Source: an uncultured Syntrophaceae bacterium (lineage in GTDB: Bacteria > Desulfobacterota > Syntrophia > Syntrophales > PHBD01). From it: a DNA stretch of 64,000 nt. A program made the position numbers and the translations under genes. The DNA lies in assembly GCA_964578535.1 (NCBI GenBank), contig CAZODI010000001.1:108338-172337 (forward strand), written 5' to 3'. A model generated the notes under the pieces. That model did no database searches. It had not been told where the DNA came from and saw nothing but the letters and a program-made list of their open reading frames with translations. Positions 16,799 through 27,389 of the stretch are shown piece by piece (position 1 is the stretch's first letter; the number at the start of each line of letters is the position of its first letter).

Positions 16799-17290
16799 CT
16801 ATTTGGCATAGAGTTTTTGAACCAAGTCGGGAAGTCGTTTAAGTAATTTATCTTCCTTCCCGAGATTGGTACGGATCGAACCTTGTGAGAGGATTGTCAT
16901 TACCTGCAAGTCCATCACTCTTGAATGAACAATGATGGCACTACCTATGATCCCAAGATTGCCTGTGATCATTTGATTGGCTATTAGCTACTTCCCGACC
17001 GGCAGGGCCTTTTGATCATCGCTCAATCCCGCCTTCTGAAGCTTCATCTCCTGGATAGCATGAATAATGTCCGCTCTGTTGATTAAGTCAAATTTGGCTG
17101 AGTTTAAGAACTCTTCACGAAGAGCTTCGGATAGAATCAACACCACATTATCCAATCGGGAGGACGAAGACAGGTCATGAATGACCAACCGTTGTCTTGA
17201 TACGGTCTTTTCATTTCTTTTTCCTGTCTCCATCTGTTGCATATGAGTTTTATCTGCCGCAACTGTTTGCTGGTTCTTCATGTTTTGCAC
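16799..17290 (-). pseudogene. CsgG/LpoB-like periplasmic protein gene interrupted by an in-frame TAG and lacking a signal peptide
   Basis: The ORF 16988..17290 (RLVIHDLSS...FDLINRADIIHAIQEMKLQKAGL...VGK) stops at TAG. The same frame continues as LIANQMITGNLGIIGSAIIVHSRVMDLQVMTIL... to TAG 16799, reproducing the family pattern GKxLGAxxVVTGxxxxLGxxxxIxxRxxDxxTGxI. Confidence 0.5.
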
Positions 17291-17333
17291 TGCGCACGCT
17301 TAGCGATCGGCTGTGTTGCTTTTGTTGGGTAAA

Positions 17334-17831
17334 TCATTTCTGAGGAATAACCGCAACAGCATCGATCTCAACAAGAAAATCGGGGTGTGCCAATGCAGGA
17401 ACAAAGATTGCGCTAATGACGGGTGGATTCGGACGTTGGCCCCACACCTTTTGAAAAGCTTCGAATCCGGTTTGTGCCGATTGGCCATGAAGGATATAAA
17501 CGTTCCACTTTACGACGTGTTGAAGTCCTGCCCCGCCTGCCGCCAGAGCTGTTTCCAAATTCTGTAGCGCCTTTTCCGTTTGCGCTCTCATGTCGCCTTT
17601 CCCGACAATTTTGCCAGAAGCATCCACGGCATTCTGGCCACCGACATAGATTGTCGTTGTATTGCCGCTGACGACAATAGCCTGAGTATATGCGGGATTC
17701 TTGTGCAGGCCCGCCGGATTGAGATGCTGCACATTTCTATTCACTTGCATTTGCGCCTCCTTTGGTGCGAGAGCCTGACAGCCCAAGATTAATACTGCGG
17801 ATACGATCACTACCAATCGATGCACTGTCAT
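17334..17831 (-). CDS. RidA/YjgF/Endoribonuclease L-PSP family protein with lipoprotein-type signal peptide
   Basis: 165 aa. The N-terminus MTVHRLVVIVSAVLILGCQ has a lipobox-like LILGC, and the remainder matches the RidA fold pattern (IYVGGQ...GDMRAQTEKALQNLE...VEIDAVA). Confidence 0.7.
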   Translation of the reverse strand: MTVHRLVVIVSAVLILGCQALAPKEAQMQVNRNVQHLNPAGLHKNPAYTQAIVVSGNTTTIYVGGQNAVDASGKIVGKGDMRAQTEKALQNLETALAAGGAGLQHVVKWNVYILHGQSAQTGFEAFQKVWGQRPNPPVISAIFVPALAHPDFLVEIDAVAVIPQK

Positions 17832-17974
17832 TCTTCTACCCCCAACGACGAGGTGAGCCGGAGCAGCGCCCCTGGTGTTGCGATCGGCTCTACCAATTTG
17901 TTCTCTTAAGATGGCATATCATTGAAATATTTATCGCTTAGCAGTACATACTCAAGCCATCTTAATGTCAACAA

Positions 17975-18253
17975 TTGATTTCCTGGTTGATCTTTGGCAT
18001 AAGGCCTGCCGTGCAGTCGGGGAAGACATTGATATGTACTCCGGACTTAAAACATTCGTCGTGCTCCCAATACGTCAACGAGAAAGGGTTGTCGGTTGAC
18101 GAGCTCCAAATCATCACTGATCACGCACGAAAGGAAAGTGTGTTTAAGTATGCAGCTGTCCAGGCGGAAGCAAAGCGGAAAATAATGACAAGAGGGGGCA
18201 AGTTTGGGGACAGTCGGGGTACAGAGAAAAAGGCGGATGAATGCAGATATTAA
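17975..18253 (+). pseudogene. Tyrosine recombinase (phage integrase family) C-terminal remnant
   Basis: TPDLKHSSCSQYVNEKGLSVDELQIITDHARKESVFKYA aligns to the integrase pattern tpHdLRHsfaSxlvxxGxsxxxlqxllGHxsxxxtxxYa, with R->K and G->D substitutions. There is no N-terminal part, and it ends 8 nt from the selC 3' end. Confidence 0.5.
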
Positions 18254-18260
18254 TGAAAAA

Positions 18261-18358
18261 TGGCGGAAGTGCATGGGAATCGAACCCACCTGAGAGGTGT
18301 CTAGCCCCTCACTCCGGATTTGAAGTCCGGGAGGCCCACCAGTGACCTTGGCACTTCC
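18261..18358 (-). tRNA. selC: tRNA-Sec (anticodon UCA)
   Basis: The reverse complement reads GGAAGTGC-CA-AGGTC..GGCCT-..CCGGA-CTTCAAA-TCCGG-long variable arm (GAGGGG..CCTCTC)-GTGGG-TTCGATT-CCCAT-GCACTTCC-G-CCA. It has the 8-bp acceptor stem, long extra arm and UCA anticodon typical of bacterial selC, and is very similar in layout to E. coli selC. Confidence 0.9.
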
Positions 18359-18393
18359 GCGCGTTCGGGCTTATAGCAGAATCGAGTCTGTTT

Positions 18394-19635
18394 TTAAAGA
18401 TATTCCGGCCGCTCCACCGCCCACCAGCCGTCGTCGATGACCTGAACCGTGACCTCACTACCGGCCTTGACCAGCGTGACATCCTCCGGGACGACGACGA
18501 GGCCGTTCGCCTGGACCATCGATTTGAGGATCCCCGACCCCTGCTCGCCGGTCGTCCGGACGACAACACGGGAGTCTTCCCGCTCCAGGCGGGCCCGCAG
18601 GAACGTCCGCACCCCCTTGCCTTTCTTGATGTCCTCCATTGTGACGGCCTGGACGGTCTTGCGGAAGATGCGCCGGTGGCCCGCCATTTTCAGGAGGGAC
18701 GGCCGGACGAACTGCTCGAAGGAGACCATGGAAGAAACCGGATTGCCGGGGAGGCCGAACAGAGGGACGCTCCCCATCTCGCCGAAGGCCAGGGGCTTGC
18801 CCGGCCTCATGGCTACCTGCCAGAACTCGATCCGGTTGCCCTCGCTCCGCAGGATGTCCTTCACCAGGTCGTAGTCTCCCATGGATACGCCGCCCGATGA
18901 CAGGATCACGTCGGCCCGGAGGGCCATGCGGAACTTGGCCGTGAGGTCCTCCCGGGTGTCGCGGGCGATGCCGATCATCAGCGGAACAGCGCCGCAGGCC
19001 GCCACCTGGGCGGCCGAGGAGTAACTGTTGCTGGAGATAATTTTCCAGGGCGTTACGGGTTCGTCGATGTCCGCCAGTTCATCGCCCGTCGCCAGGATGG
19101 CCACAAGGGGCCGCTGGTGGACGGAGACGAAGGAGCGCCCCAGGGAGGCCAGCATGCCGATCTCGGCGGGGCGGATGACCTCTCCCCGCTGGATGACCGT
19201 CTCGCCCTCCCTGACGTCTTCGCCGGCCCGGCGGATGTCCTGGCCATTCTGGACGGGCACCAGGATGCGGACGTTCTTCCCGTCTTTCTCTGTGTCCTCC
19301 ACGCGAAGCACCGCGTCGGCCCCCGCGGGCAGAGGGGCACCCGTCATGATCCGCGTCGCCTGTCCCGGGCCGACCTTCTTCTTCGGAACGGCCCCCGCCG
19401 GGAGGTCCTCGACCACCTTCAGGATGACGGGATTTTTCAGGGAGGCGCCGAACGTGTCCTGCCATCGCAGGGCGTAGCCGTCCATGGCGGAGTTGTCTTT
19501 CGGCGGGATGTTGCGGGGGGCCGCCACGTCTTCTCCGAGGACCCGTCCCAGGGCGTCGAGGATGCCGACCCTCTCCAGGCCCAAGGGCGCTATCGAATTC
19601 AGGATGCGATGGAGAGCTTCATTAACGGTTATCAT
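18394..19635 (-). CDS. moeA: Molybdopterin molybdenumtransferase MoeA
   Basis: MoeA N, MoCF-binding and C-terminal domain patterns are present (NSAMDGYA, GGVSMGDYD, LPGNPVS). Start set at MITVNEAL...; the upstream ATG 19701 is possible. Confidence 0.85.
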   Translation of the reverse strand: MITVNEALHRILNSIAPLGLERVGILDALGRVLGEDVAAPRNIPPKDNSAMDGYALRWQDTFGASLKNPVILKVVEDLPAGAVPKKKVGPGQATRIMTGAPLPAGADAVLRVEDTEKDGKNVRILVPVQNGQDIRRAGEDVREGETVIQRGEVIRPAEIGMLASLGRSFVSVHQRPLVAILATGDELADIDEPVTPWKIISSNSYSSAAQVAACGAVPLMIGIARDTREDLTAKFRMALRADVILSSGGVSMGDYDLVKDILRSEGNRIEFWQVAMRPGKPLAFGEMGSVPLFGLPGNPVSSMVSFEQFVRPSLLKMAGHRRIFRKTVQAVTMEDIKKGKGVRTFLRARLEREDSRVVVRTTGEQGSGILKSMVQANGLVVVPEDVTLVKAGSEVTVQVIDDGWWAVERPEYL

Positions 19636-19718
19636 ATGGCTGACATGGGTATGGATTCCGCACGAGAGAGGGAGCACCTGCGGGATTCGTCTCTTCTCCA
19701 TGGTTGATGAATTGGTGT

Positions 19719-20603
19719 TCAGCTCTGACTATAGTGTATCCCTGTGCGTTGAATGAGCCCCCGCTTCAGCAGATACTCCAGGTGCTTCCTGATCAGGGCA
19801 CTTTCGGCAAAGTCGAAAAATGCCTTGGGAGTTCTTGGTCTGCCATAACAGATCCAGGTGTTCGTGATTTCCTGGAACGTTCTTTTCTGCTTCAGAAGAG
19901 CCAGGATTTTCCGCTCCCGTTCGAAGATCACTTCTTCGTAACGATGCCACAGAGGGCCCGGCGGGCTGTTGAATATGCCCGCCTCATGGCTGGCCAGCCA
20001 TACCTTGGCAGGAATCCCCTGAAGCCGGTGAATGGAATCAAGGGTCTGCTCGATGCTGGAGTAGCGGTCTCCATACCAGGGGCCGAACGGGGTCAGGTCG
20101 TAATCGCCGACAAAGAGGATCTTCGAATTCAGGAAGAAGAAAGAAAGATTGCCCGGTGTATGGCCCGGCGTGGCGATCACTTCCACCTGTTCCGTCTCCA
20201 GGTCGATCACCTCTCCGTCCTGAAAGTAGCGGGAGGGCTGGCGCGGGCGATAATGGAACTGCTCCTCCATGAAGCGCTGCCAGTAGTCCCTCTCTTCCAT
20301 TCCTTCGATTCCATACCAGTCCAGAAAGACGGAGATGCTGCTCATCGGCGGGGCATCCCGCTCGGAAATCCAGATGGGAAGGCCATCGAAGACGTCAATC
20401 TCCCCGAAGTGGTCCTCGTGGAAATGGCTGAGCCAGACTGCCTTTACCTTCCCTTTTTTGTGAAGATCCTCAAGGATCTCGCGGTCGGAGCACGGATCGA
20501 TGATGATCCCCGCCTCCTCGATAAAAAGGGAGTGGCAGTAGGGATACTTGCCCCCGTCCCGGCCGGGGATGAACTGTATCGGACCAATCTGTTTCGGTTC
20601 CAT
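19719..20603 (-). CDS. MBL-fold metallo-hydrolase
   Basis: HxHxDH motif (SHFHEDHFG). Start trimmed to MEPKQIGPIQFIPG. Confidence 0.7.
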   Translation of the reverse strand: MEPKQIGPIQFIPGRDGGKYPYCHSLFIEEAGIIIDPCSDREILEDLHKKGKVKAVWLSHFHEDHFGEIDVFDGLPIWISERDAPPMSSISVFLDWYGIEGMEERDYWQRFMEEQFHYRPRQPSRYFQDGEVIDLETEQVEVIATPGHTPGNLSFFFLNSKILFVGDYDLTPFGPWYGDRYSSIEQTLDSIHRLQGIPAKVWLASHEAGIFNSPPGPLWHRYEEVIFERERKILALLKQKRTFQEITNTWICYGRPRTPKAFFDFAESALIRKHLEYLLKRGLIQRTGIHYSQS

Positions 20604-20793
20604 AATGCGTATGATTATATAGATGGCACATGGGATGCTGTCAAGGACCGACTGCCATTCGATATCTCTCAATGGGTGGAGGGGTGTCCCTTGCCATTTT
20701 TCTTGACCGCTCCTCTGTTCATCCGTTATAGGGGGCTCCTGTTTCGGGATCTGGAAGAGTCAACATTATGAAAAAATATCGGGAGGTTGTATT

Positions 20794-21441
20794 ATGAGGA
20801 TCATATTGCTGGGCGCCCCCGGGGCCGGCAAGGGAACGGTGGCCAAGCTGCTGACGGAGTTCGACGGCTCCGTGCAGATCTCCACGGGTGACATCCTGCG
20901 GGCCGCCGTGAAGGAGGGGACACCCCTCGGGAAAGAGGCCAAGGGCTATATGGATCGCGGTGATCTGGTTCCGGACAGCCTCATCATGAAGCTCATGGAG
21001 GTCCGCCTGCAGGAGCCCGACTGCGCCAGGGGATTCATCCTCGACGGCTTCCCCCGCACGATTCCCCAGGCGGAGGCCCTGAAGACCCTGCTGGCGAACC
21101 TGAAGATCCGCCTCGACTTCGTGGCGAACCTGGATGTGCCCCGGGACGTCATCCTGGACCGCCTCACCACCCGGCGGACCTGCTCGAATCCCGACTGCCA
21201 GGAGATCTACAACATCAAGAGCAATCCCCCCGGCCCGGACGGTGCCTGCAAGAAATGCGGCAGCCCCACCATCCAGCGGGCCGACGAGACGGAGGAGGCC
21301 ATCTCCTTCCGCCTGGAGACCTACAATTCCAAGACGGCTCCCCTGATCGGCTTCTACGAGAAGGAGGGGCTCCTGAAGACCTTTCTGTCCCTGAGCAGCA
21401 AGGACACCGTGGAGGCCGTCAAGAAGGCCCTGAAGGCCTGA
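20794..21441 (+). CDS. adk: Adenylate kinase (long form with Zn-binding lid CxxC...CxxC)
   Basis: MRIILLGAPGAGKGT P-loop, plus lid cysteines CSNPDC...CKKCG. Confidence 0.95.
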   Translation: MRIILLGAPGAGKGTVAKLLTEFDGSVQISTGDILRAAVKEGTPLGKEAKGYMDRGDLVPDSLIMKLMEVRLQEPDCARGFILDGFPRTIPQAEALKTLLANLKIRLDFVANLDVPRDVILDRLTTRRTCSNPDCQEIYNIKSNPPGPDGACKKCGSPTIQRADETEEAISFRLETYNSKTAPLIGFYEKEGLLKTFLSLSSKDTVEAVKKALKA

Positions 21442-21517
21442 TTTCGAGTCGCCGGGAAGGGAGAGAGAAGCGGAAGTCCTGCGTCCGTCCGGACGGCTCC
21501 GCTTGCGGGAGGCGCCG

Positions 21518-23482
21518 GTGTCCAGGAAGATCGACTACGGGAAGGAACTCAACGAAGAACAGCGAGGGGTCGTCCTCGAAGATGCCGGACCGCTGCTCGT
21601 CATTGCCGGTGCCGGGAGTGGAAAGACCCGGACGCTGACTTACCGGGTGGCCCGCCTCATCGAAACGGGCGTGCCGCCCAACCGGATCCTCCTGGCCACC
21701 TTCACGAACAAGGCCGCCTGGTCCATGCTCTCCCGGGTCCGGTCCCTTCTCGGGCTGGAGCTGGAACGCTTCTGGGGGGGCACGTTCCACTCCGTAGCGC
21801 ACCGGATTCTCCGTCGCCACGCCGACCGCTTAGGTTACGAACGAAGTTTCTCCATCCTGGACGCCGAGGACGCGGTCTCCCTCGTCAAGGCCTGCATCGC
21901 CGAGCTGGACCTGAAGAAAAGCTCCGAGAAGTTTCCCAAGGCGGAAGTCGTCCAGGGAATCCTGAGCTTTTCGGCCAATACCGACACCCCCGTCGGGGAC
22001 GTCATCTTCAGCCGCCATCCGTACTTCATCTCCCGGGCGGACGACATCGCCGCCGTGGCCGGGCGCTACCGCGAGCGCAAACGGAAGCTCCAGGCCATGG
22101 ACTTCGACGATCTCCTCCTCAACGTCCGGCAGCTCCTGGCGGAGCATCCGGAGGCACTCGAGGAATACCGGGACCGGTTCCTCCACGTCCTGGTGGACGA
22201 GTACCAGGACACGAACGTCATCCAGGCGGACCTGGTGGATCTCCTGGCTTCGGGCCACCGGAACCTGATGGTGGTGGGCGACGACTCGCAGAGCATCTAT
22301 TCCTTTCGGGGGGCCGACTTCCACAACATCCTCCGTTTCCCGGAGCGCTACCCCGACTGCCGGGTGTTCCGCCTGGAGACGAACTACCGCAGCACGCCGG
22401 AGATCCTGAACCTGGCGAACCTGAGCATCCGGAACAACGAGAAGCAGTTCGAGAAGACCTTGCGGGCCGTCCGCACGGAGGGGGTGAAGCCTGTTCTGGC
22501 GACGGCGTCTTCGGTTCTCCAGCAGGCGCAATTCGTCGTCCAGCGCATCCTCGAGCTGGAAAGCACCGTGCGGCTCCGGGACATCGCCGTCCTGTACCGC
22601 GCCCATTACCACTCCATGGAGCTGCAGATGGAGATGACCCGGCGGGGGATCCCCTTCGAGATCCGCTCGGGCATCCGGTTCTTCGAGCAGGCCCACATCA
22701 AGGACGTGACGGCATACCTGCGGATCCTGGCCAACCCGGGGGACGAGCTGGCCTGGAAGCGGGTTCTGCCGTTGTACGGCGGGCTCGGGAAAGTCGCGGC
22801 GGAGAAGGTCTGGCGCTTCGTTTCGTCCCAGTCGGAGCCGCTTGCGGCACTGGACTCGGAGGCCTTCCTCAAGGGGGCCACCCGGACGGCCCTGCCGGGG
22901 TTGAAGCGATTCCGGGAGGTCATGCGGCGGCTCCGGGAGCAGGCCGGTGACGCCACGGTGGCTGACCTCATCGGCCTCGTCCTGGAGGAGGGATACCGGG
23001 ACCATCTGTACGAGCTGTACCCGGAGGCGAATTTTCGGGAAGAGGACCTGCAGCAGCTGGCGAACTTTTCCGGGGGATTCGAGCGGCTGGAGGATTTCCT
23101 GAACGAACTGGCGCTCCTGACGAACCTGGAGAAAGAGGATGTGGCCGCTTCGTCCGATGCGGACAAGGTGACCCTGAGCACCATCCACCAGGCCAAGGGG
23201 CTCGAGTGGTCTTCCGTGTTCCTGATCTGGTGCGCCGAGGGCATGCTTCCCCTGGCCCGGGCCCTGAACGACGAGGGCGGGGTGGAGGAGGAGCGGCGGC
23301 TCTTTTACGTGGCCTCCACCCGGGCGAAGGACCAGCTCTACCTCTGCTACCCCGTGTCGGACTACCGGCGCGGCATGGGCTCTATGATCGTTCAGCCCTC
23401 CCGTTTCATCCGGGAGCTGGCCCCCCGGTATCAGGGGATGCGGGAGAGGCCGTATGAGGAGTGGCTGGTGGACGAAGCGTAG
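21518..23482 (+). CDS. UvrD/Rep/PcrA-family ATP-dependent DNA helicase
   Basis: Motif I AGAGSGKTRTL, motif II VDEYQDTN and later helicase motifs (TIHQAKGLEW, YVASTRAK). GTG 21518 is preceded by GGGAGG; TTG 21503 is an alternative start. Confidence 0.9.
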   Translation: MSRKIDYGKELNEEQRGVVLEDAGPLLVIAGAGSGKTRTLTYRVARLIETGVPPNRILLATFTNKAAWSMLSRVRSLLGLELERFWGGTFHSVAHRILRRHADRLGYERSFSILDAEDAVSLVKACIAELDLKKSSEKFPKAEVVQGILSFSANTDTPVGDVIFSRHPYFISRADDIAAVAGRYRERKRKLQAMDFDDLLLNVRQLLAEHPEALEEYRDRFLHVLVDEYQDTNVIQADLVDLLASGHRNLMVVGDDSQSIYSFRGADFHNILRFPERYPDCRVFRLETNYRSTPEILNLANLSIRNNEKQFEKTLRAVRTEGVKPVLATASSVLQQAQFVVQRILELESTVRLRDIAVLYRAHYHSMELQMEMTRRGIPFEIRSGIRFFEQAHIKDVTAYLRILANPGDELAWKRVLPLYGGLGKVAAEKVWRFVSSQSEPLAALDSEAFLKGATRTALPGLKRFREVMRRLREQAGDATVADLIGLVLEEGYRDHLYELYPEANFREEDLQQLANFSGGFERLEDFLNELALLTNLEKEDVAASSDADKVTLSTIHQAKGLEWSSVFLIWCAEGMLPLARALNDEGGVEEERRLFYVASTRAKDQLYLCYPVSDYRRGMGSMIVQPSRFIRELAPRYQGMRERPYEEWLVDEA

Positions 23483-23608
23483 CAGCGGGTCCGGAGAAAG
23501 CCCGGATGCTGCGTTGCGCTTCATCCATCGTCATTCGACGTACGAAAGTGCACGCCTCATTCCTCCGGACGTGCGCGCCTCGCCTGCGGGCGTTTTGCGG
23601 ACCCGCTG

Positions 23609-23643
23609 AAAAGACAAAAGGGGACAGGCTCATGCCCGTCCCC
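23609..23643 (-). terminator. Rho-independent terminator candidate for the 23676..25565 gene
   Basis: On the minus strand, GGGGACGGGC-ATGA-GCCTGTCCCC is followed by TTTTGTCTTTT, about 30 nt after the stop codon. Confidence 0.6.
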
Positions 23644-23675
23644 CTTCCTGCGCAAACTCAAATCCGAATTTTCTT

Positions 23676-25565
23676 TCAGAGCCAGCGGTCGCTCTTCATC
23701 TTTTCCTCGTACTCGGCCTTCAGGGCGATCTGCGTCGCCTCGGCCATGTCCTCGGCCCGCTTGACCCAGTCCTCGAACTTGATGTCCAGCCCGAAGACGC
23801 CCACCATCTCGTCCTGGTCATCGACGATGGGAGCCGACACGGTGATGCACAGCGCGCCGGTCAGCTTGGAGATGTAGAAGTTCGTCACGTGGCTCTTGCC
23901 TGTCTGGATAGGCCGGATGAACCACTCCCGGTCGGACTGGTCCGTCCCGACGCCGTAGTGCTCGAACCGTGTGCGGTCCGCCAGGGCGGTGATGTTCCGG
24001 GTCGTCTTCCGGCCGTTCATGTCCACCACGTAGGCGAACTGGATGGATGGATGGTCTTCCAGGACCTTCTCCATGACGGGCTCCTGGAGCTCCGGCTTCA
24101 TGGTCTTCATGGCCGGATCCTCGAGGGCCTGCCGGACCACCGCCATGGCCGCCTGGGCGGCCCGATGCTTGATCTTGTCCAGGTCCGACATGAACAGCTC
24201 CGGCAGGTACTTCCGCACCAGCCGGTCCATCTCCTCGTGGGAGATGCTGGTCACGCGCCCGGCCTCGTACTGGTCGGCGATCCACTTGTGAATCCTGGAG
24301 ACGCCCGGGTGGCGCTTGTCGACGGCGCTGTCCCCCTCCAGCCCCAGGGTGGAATTGATCCAGAAGGCGACTCCCGACTTTCCGGAGACGTCCGAGACCA
24401 TGGGTGTGATCGGCCGCTTGAGGAGCTTTGCCGTGTCGAAGATGTTGTAGATCTCCTCGCACTTGATCAGGCCGTCGGCGTGGATCCCCGCCCGGGTCAC
24501 GTTGAAGTCGGCTCCCACGAAGGGGTAGTTGGCGGGGATCTTGTACCCCACCTGCTTGTCAAAGTACTGGGCGATCTCCGTGATCACCGTGGTGTCGATG
24601 CCATCGGTGCCGCCCGTGAGGGAGAGGTACTCGATGATGAGGGCCTCGACAGGCGGATTGCCCGTCCGCTCACCCAGCCCGAGGAGCGTACCGTTGGCGG
24701 CGCTGCAGCCGTATAGCCATGCCGTGGTGGCGTTGATCAGGGCCTTGTGGAAGTCGTTGTGGCCGTGCCATTCCAGGAGTTCCCCGGGCACGCCCGCGTC
24801 CTCGATGAAGGCCCGGACGAGCTTTTCGACACTCCGGGGCAGGGAGGCGCCGGGATAGGTCACGCCGTATCCCATGGTGTCGCAGAGCCGGATCTTGATG
24901 TCGATGCCCGATTCCTCCCGGAGCTTCATCAGCTCGATGGCGAAGGGGATGCAGAATCCATAGATATCCGCCCGGGTGACGTCCTCGAAATGACAGCGGG
25001 GCTTGATCCCCGCATCGAGGATGGCCTTCACGATGCCCAGGTAGCCGTCCATGGCCTGACGCCTGGTTTTGTTGAGTTTCAGGAAGATATGGTAATCCGA
25101 CACGGAGGTCAGGATTCCCGTCTCCCGAAGCCCGGCCTGTTTCACGAGATGCACGTCGTCGATGGCTGCCCGGATCCATCCGGTCACCTCCGGGAAGGGA
25201 AACCCCAGGGCCTGGCACCGCTCCACCGCCTCCCGGTCCCGGTTGCCGTAAAGGAAGAACTCTGTCTGCCGGATGACGCCGCGGGGTCCCCCGAGGCGGT
25301 GCATGAACGTGAAGAGGTCGACGATCTGCTGGACCGTGTAGGGCGGCCTGGACTGCTGGCCGTCCCGGAAGGTCGTGTCGGTGATGAAGATGTCGTCCGC
25401 CGGGTTGATCGTCACGATCTTGTGGTCGAAGTCGATCCGGCAGACCTCTTCGTAGGGGAACACCTCCTTCTGGAGGTTGGGCTCGTCGATGTCCTTCAGC
25501 TCGTACTTCCAGAATTTCGAGTGCTCGTGATCCAGCACCTTCCTGTATTTGTTCCATTTTGCCAT
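23676..25565 (-). CDS. HMGL-like (isopropylmalate/homocitrate/Re-citrate synthase family) enzyme fused to a C-terminal Cache/PDC-like sensor domain
   Basis: 629 aa. The N-terminal part has a TIM-barrel signature (ITDTTFRDGQQ, HGHNDF). The C-terminal 200 aa reads VVDMNGRKT...DREWFIRPIQTGKSHVTNFYISKLTGALCITVSAPIVDD..MVGVFGLDI, a typical Cache-like pattern. Confidence 0.75.
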   Translation of the reverse strand: MAKWNKYRKVLDHEHSKFWKYELKDIDEPNLQKEVFPYEEVCRIDFDHKIVTINPADDIFITDTTFRDGQQSRPPYTVQQIVDLFTFMHRLGGPRGVIRQTEFFLYGNRDREAVERCQALGFPFPEVTGWIRAAIDDVHLVKQAGLRETGILTSVSDYHIFLKLNKTRRQAMDGYLGIVKAILDAGIKPRCHFEDVTRADIYGFCIPFAIELMKLREESGIDIKIRLCDTMGYGVTYPGASLPRSVEKLVRAFIEDAGVPGELLEWHGHNDFHKALINATTAWLYGCSAANGTLLGLGERTGNPPVEALIIEYLSLTGGTDGIDTTVITEIAQYFDKQVGYKIPANYPFVGADFNVTRAGIHADGLIKCEEIYNIFDTAKLLKRPITPMVSDVSGKSGVAFWINSTLGLEGDSAVDKRHPGVSRIHKWIADQYEAGRVTSISHEEMDRLVRKYLPELFMSDLDKIKHRAAQAAMAVVRQALEDPAMKTMKPELQEPVMEKVLEDHPSIQFAYVVDMNGRKTTRNITALADRTRFEHYGVGTDQSDREWFIRPIQTGKSHVTNFYISKLTGALCITVSAPIVDDQDEMVGVFGLDIKFEDWVKRAEDMAEATQIALKAEYEEKMKSDRWL

Positions 25566-25610
25566 GGTATGGGTCTCCTGTCGGAAAAAAGGGTTCTGCG
25601 CCCGGCTGCC

Positions 25611-27381
<1,771 letters not shown>

Positions 27382-27389
<8 letters not shown>

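Larger units (their letters stand above)
14700..18260. mobile_element. Degraded genomic island integrated next to tRNA-Sec (left boundary approximate)
   Basis: This stretch is visibly AT-richer than the flanks. It ends at the 3' end of selC and carries a tyrosine-recombinase C-terminal remnant directly adjacent to the tRNA, an amber-interrupted gene and about 0.6 kb without convincing ORFs. I found no att direct repeat by eye. Confidence 0.5.

Noticed and set aside
16988-16990. In-frame UAG as a pyrrolysine codon
   Set aside because: The gene family is not a methylamine methyltransferase, no pyl genes are visible here, and the locus shows other signs of decay (no signal peptide, island context). 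A TTG->TAG nonsense mutation is the simpler explanation.
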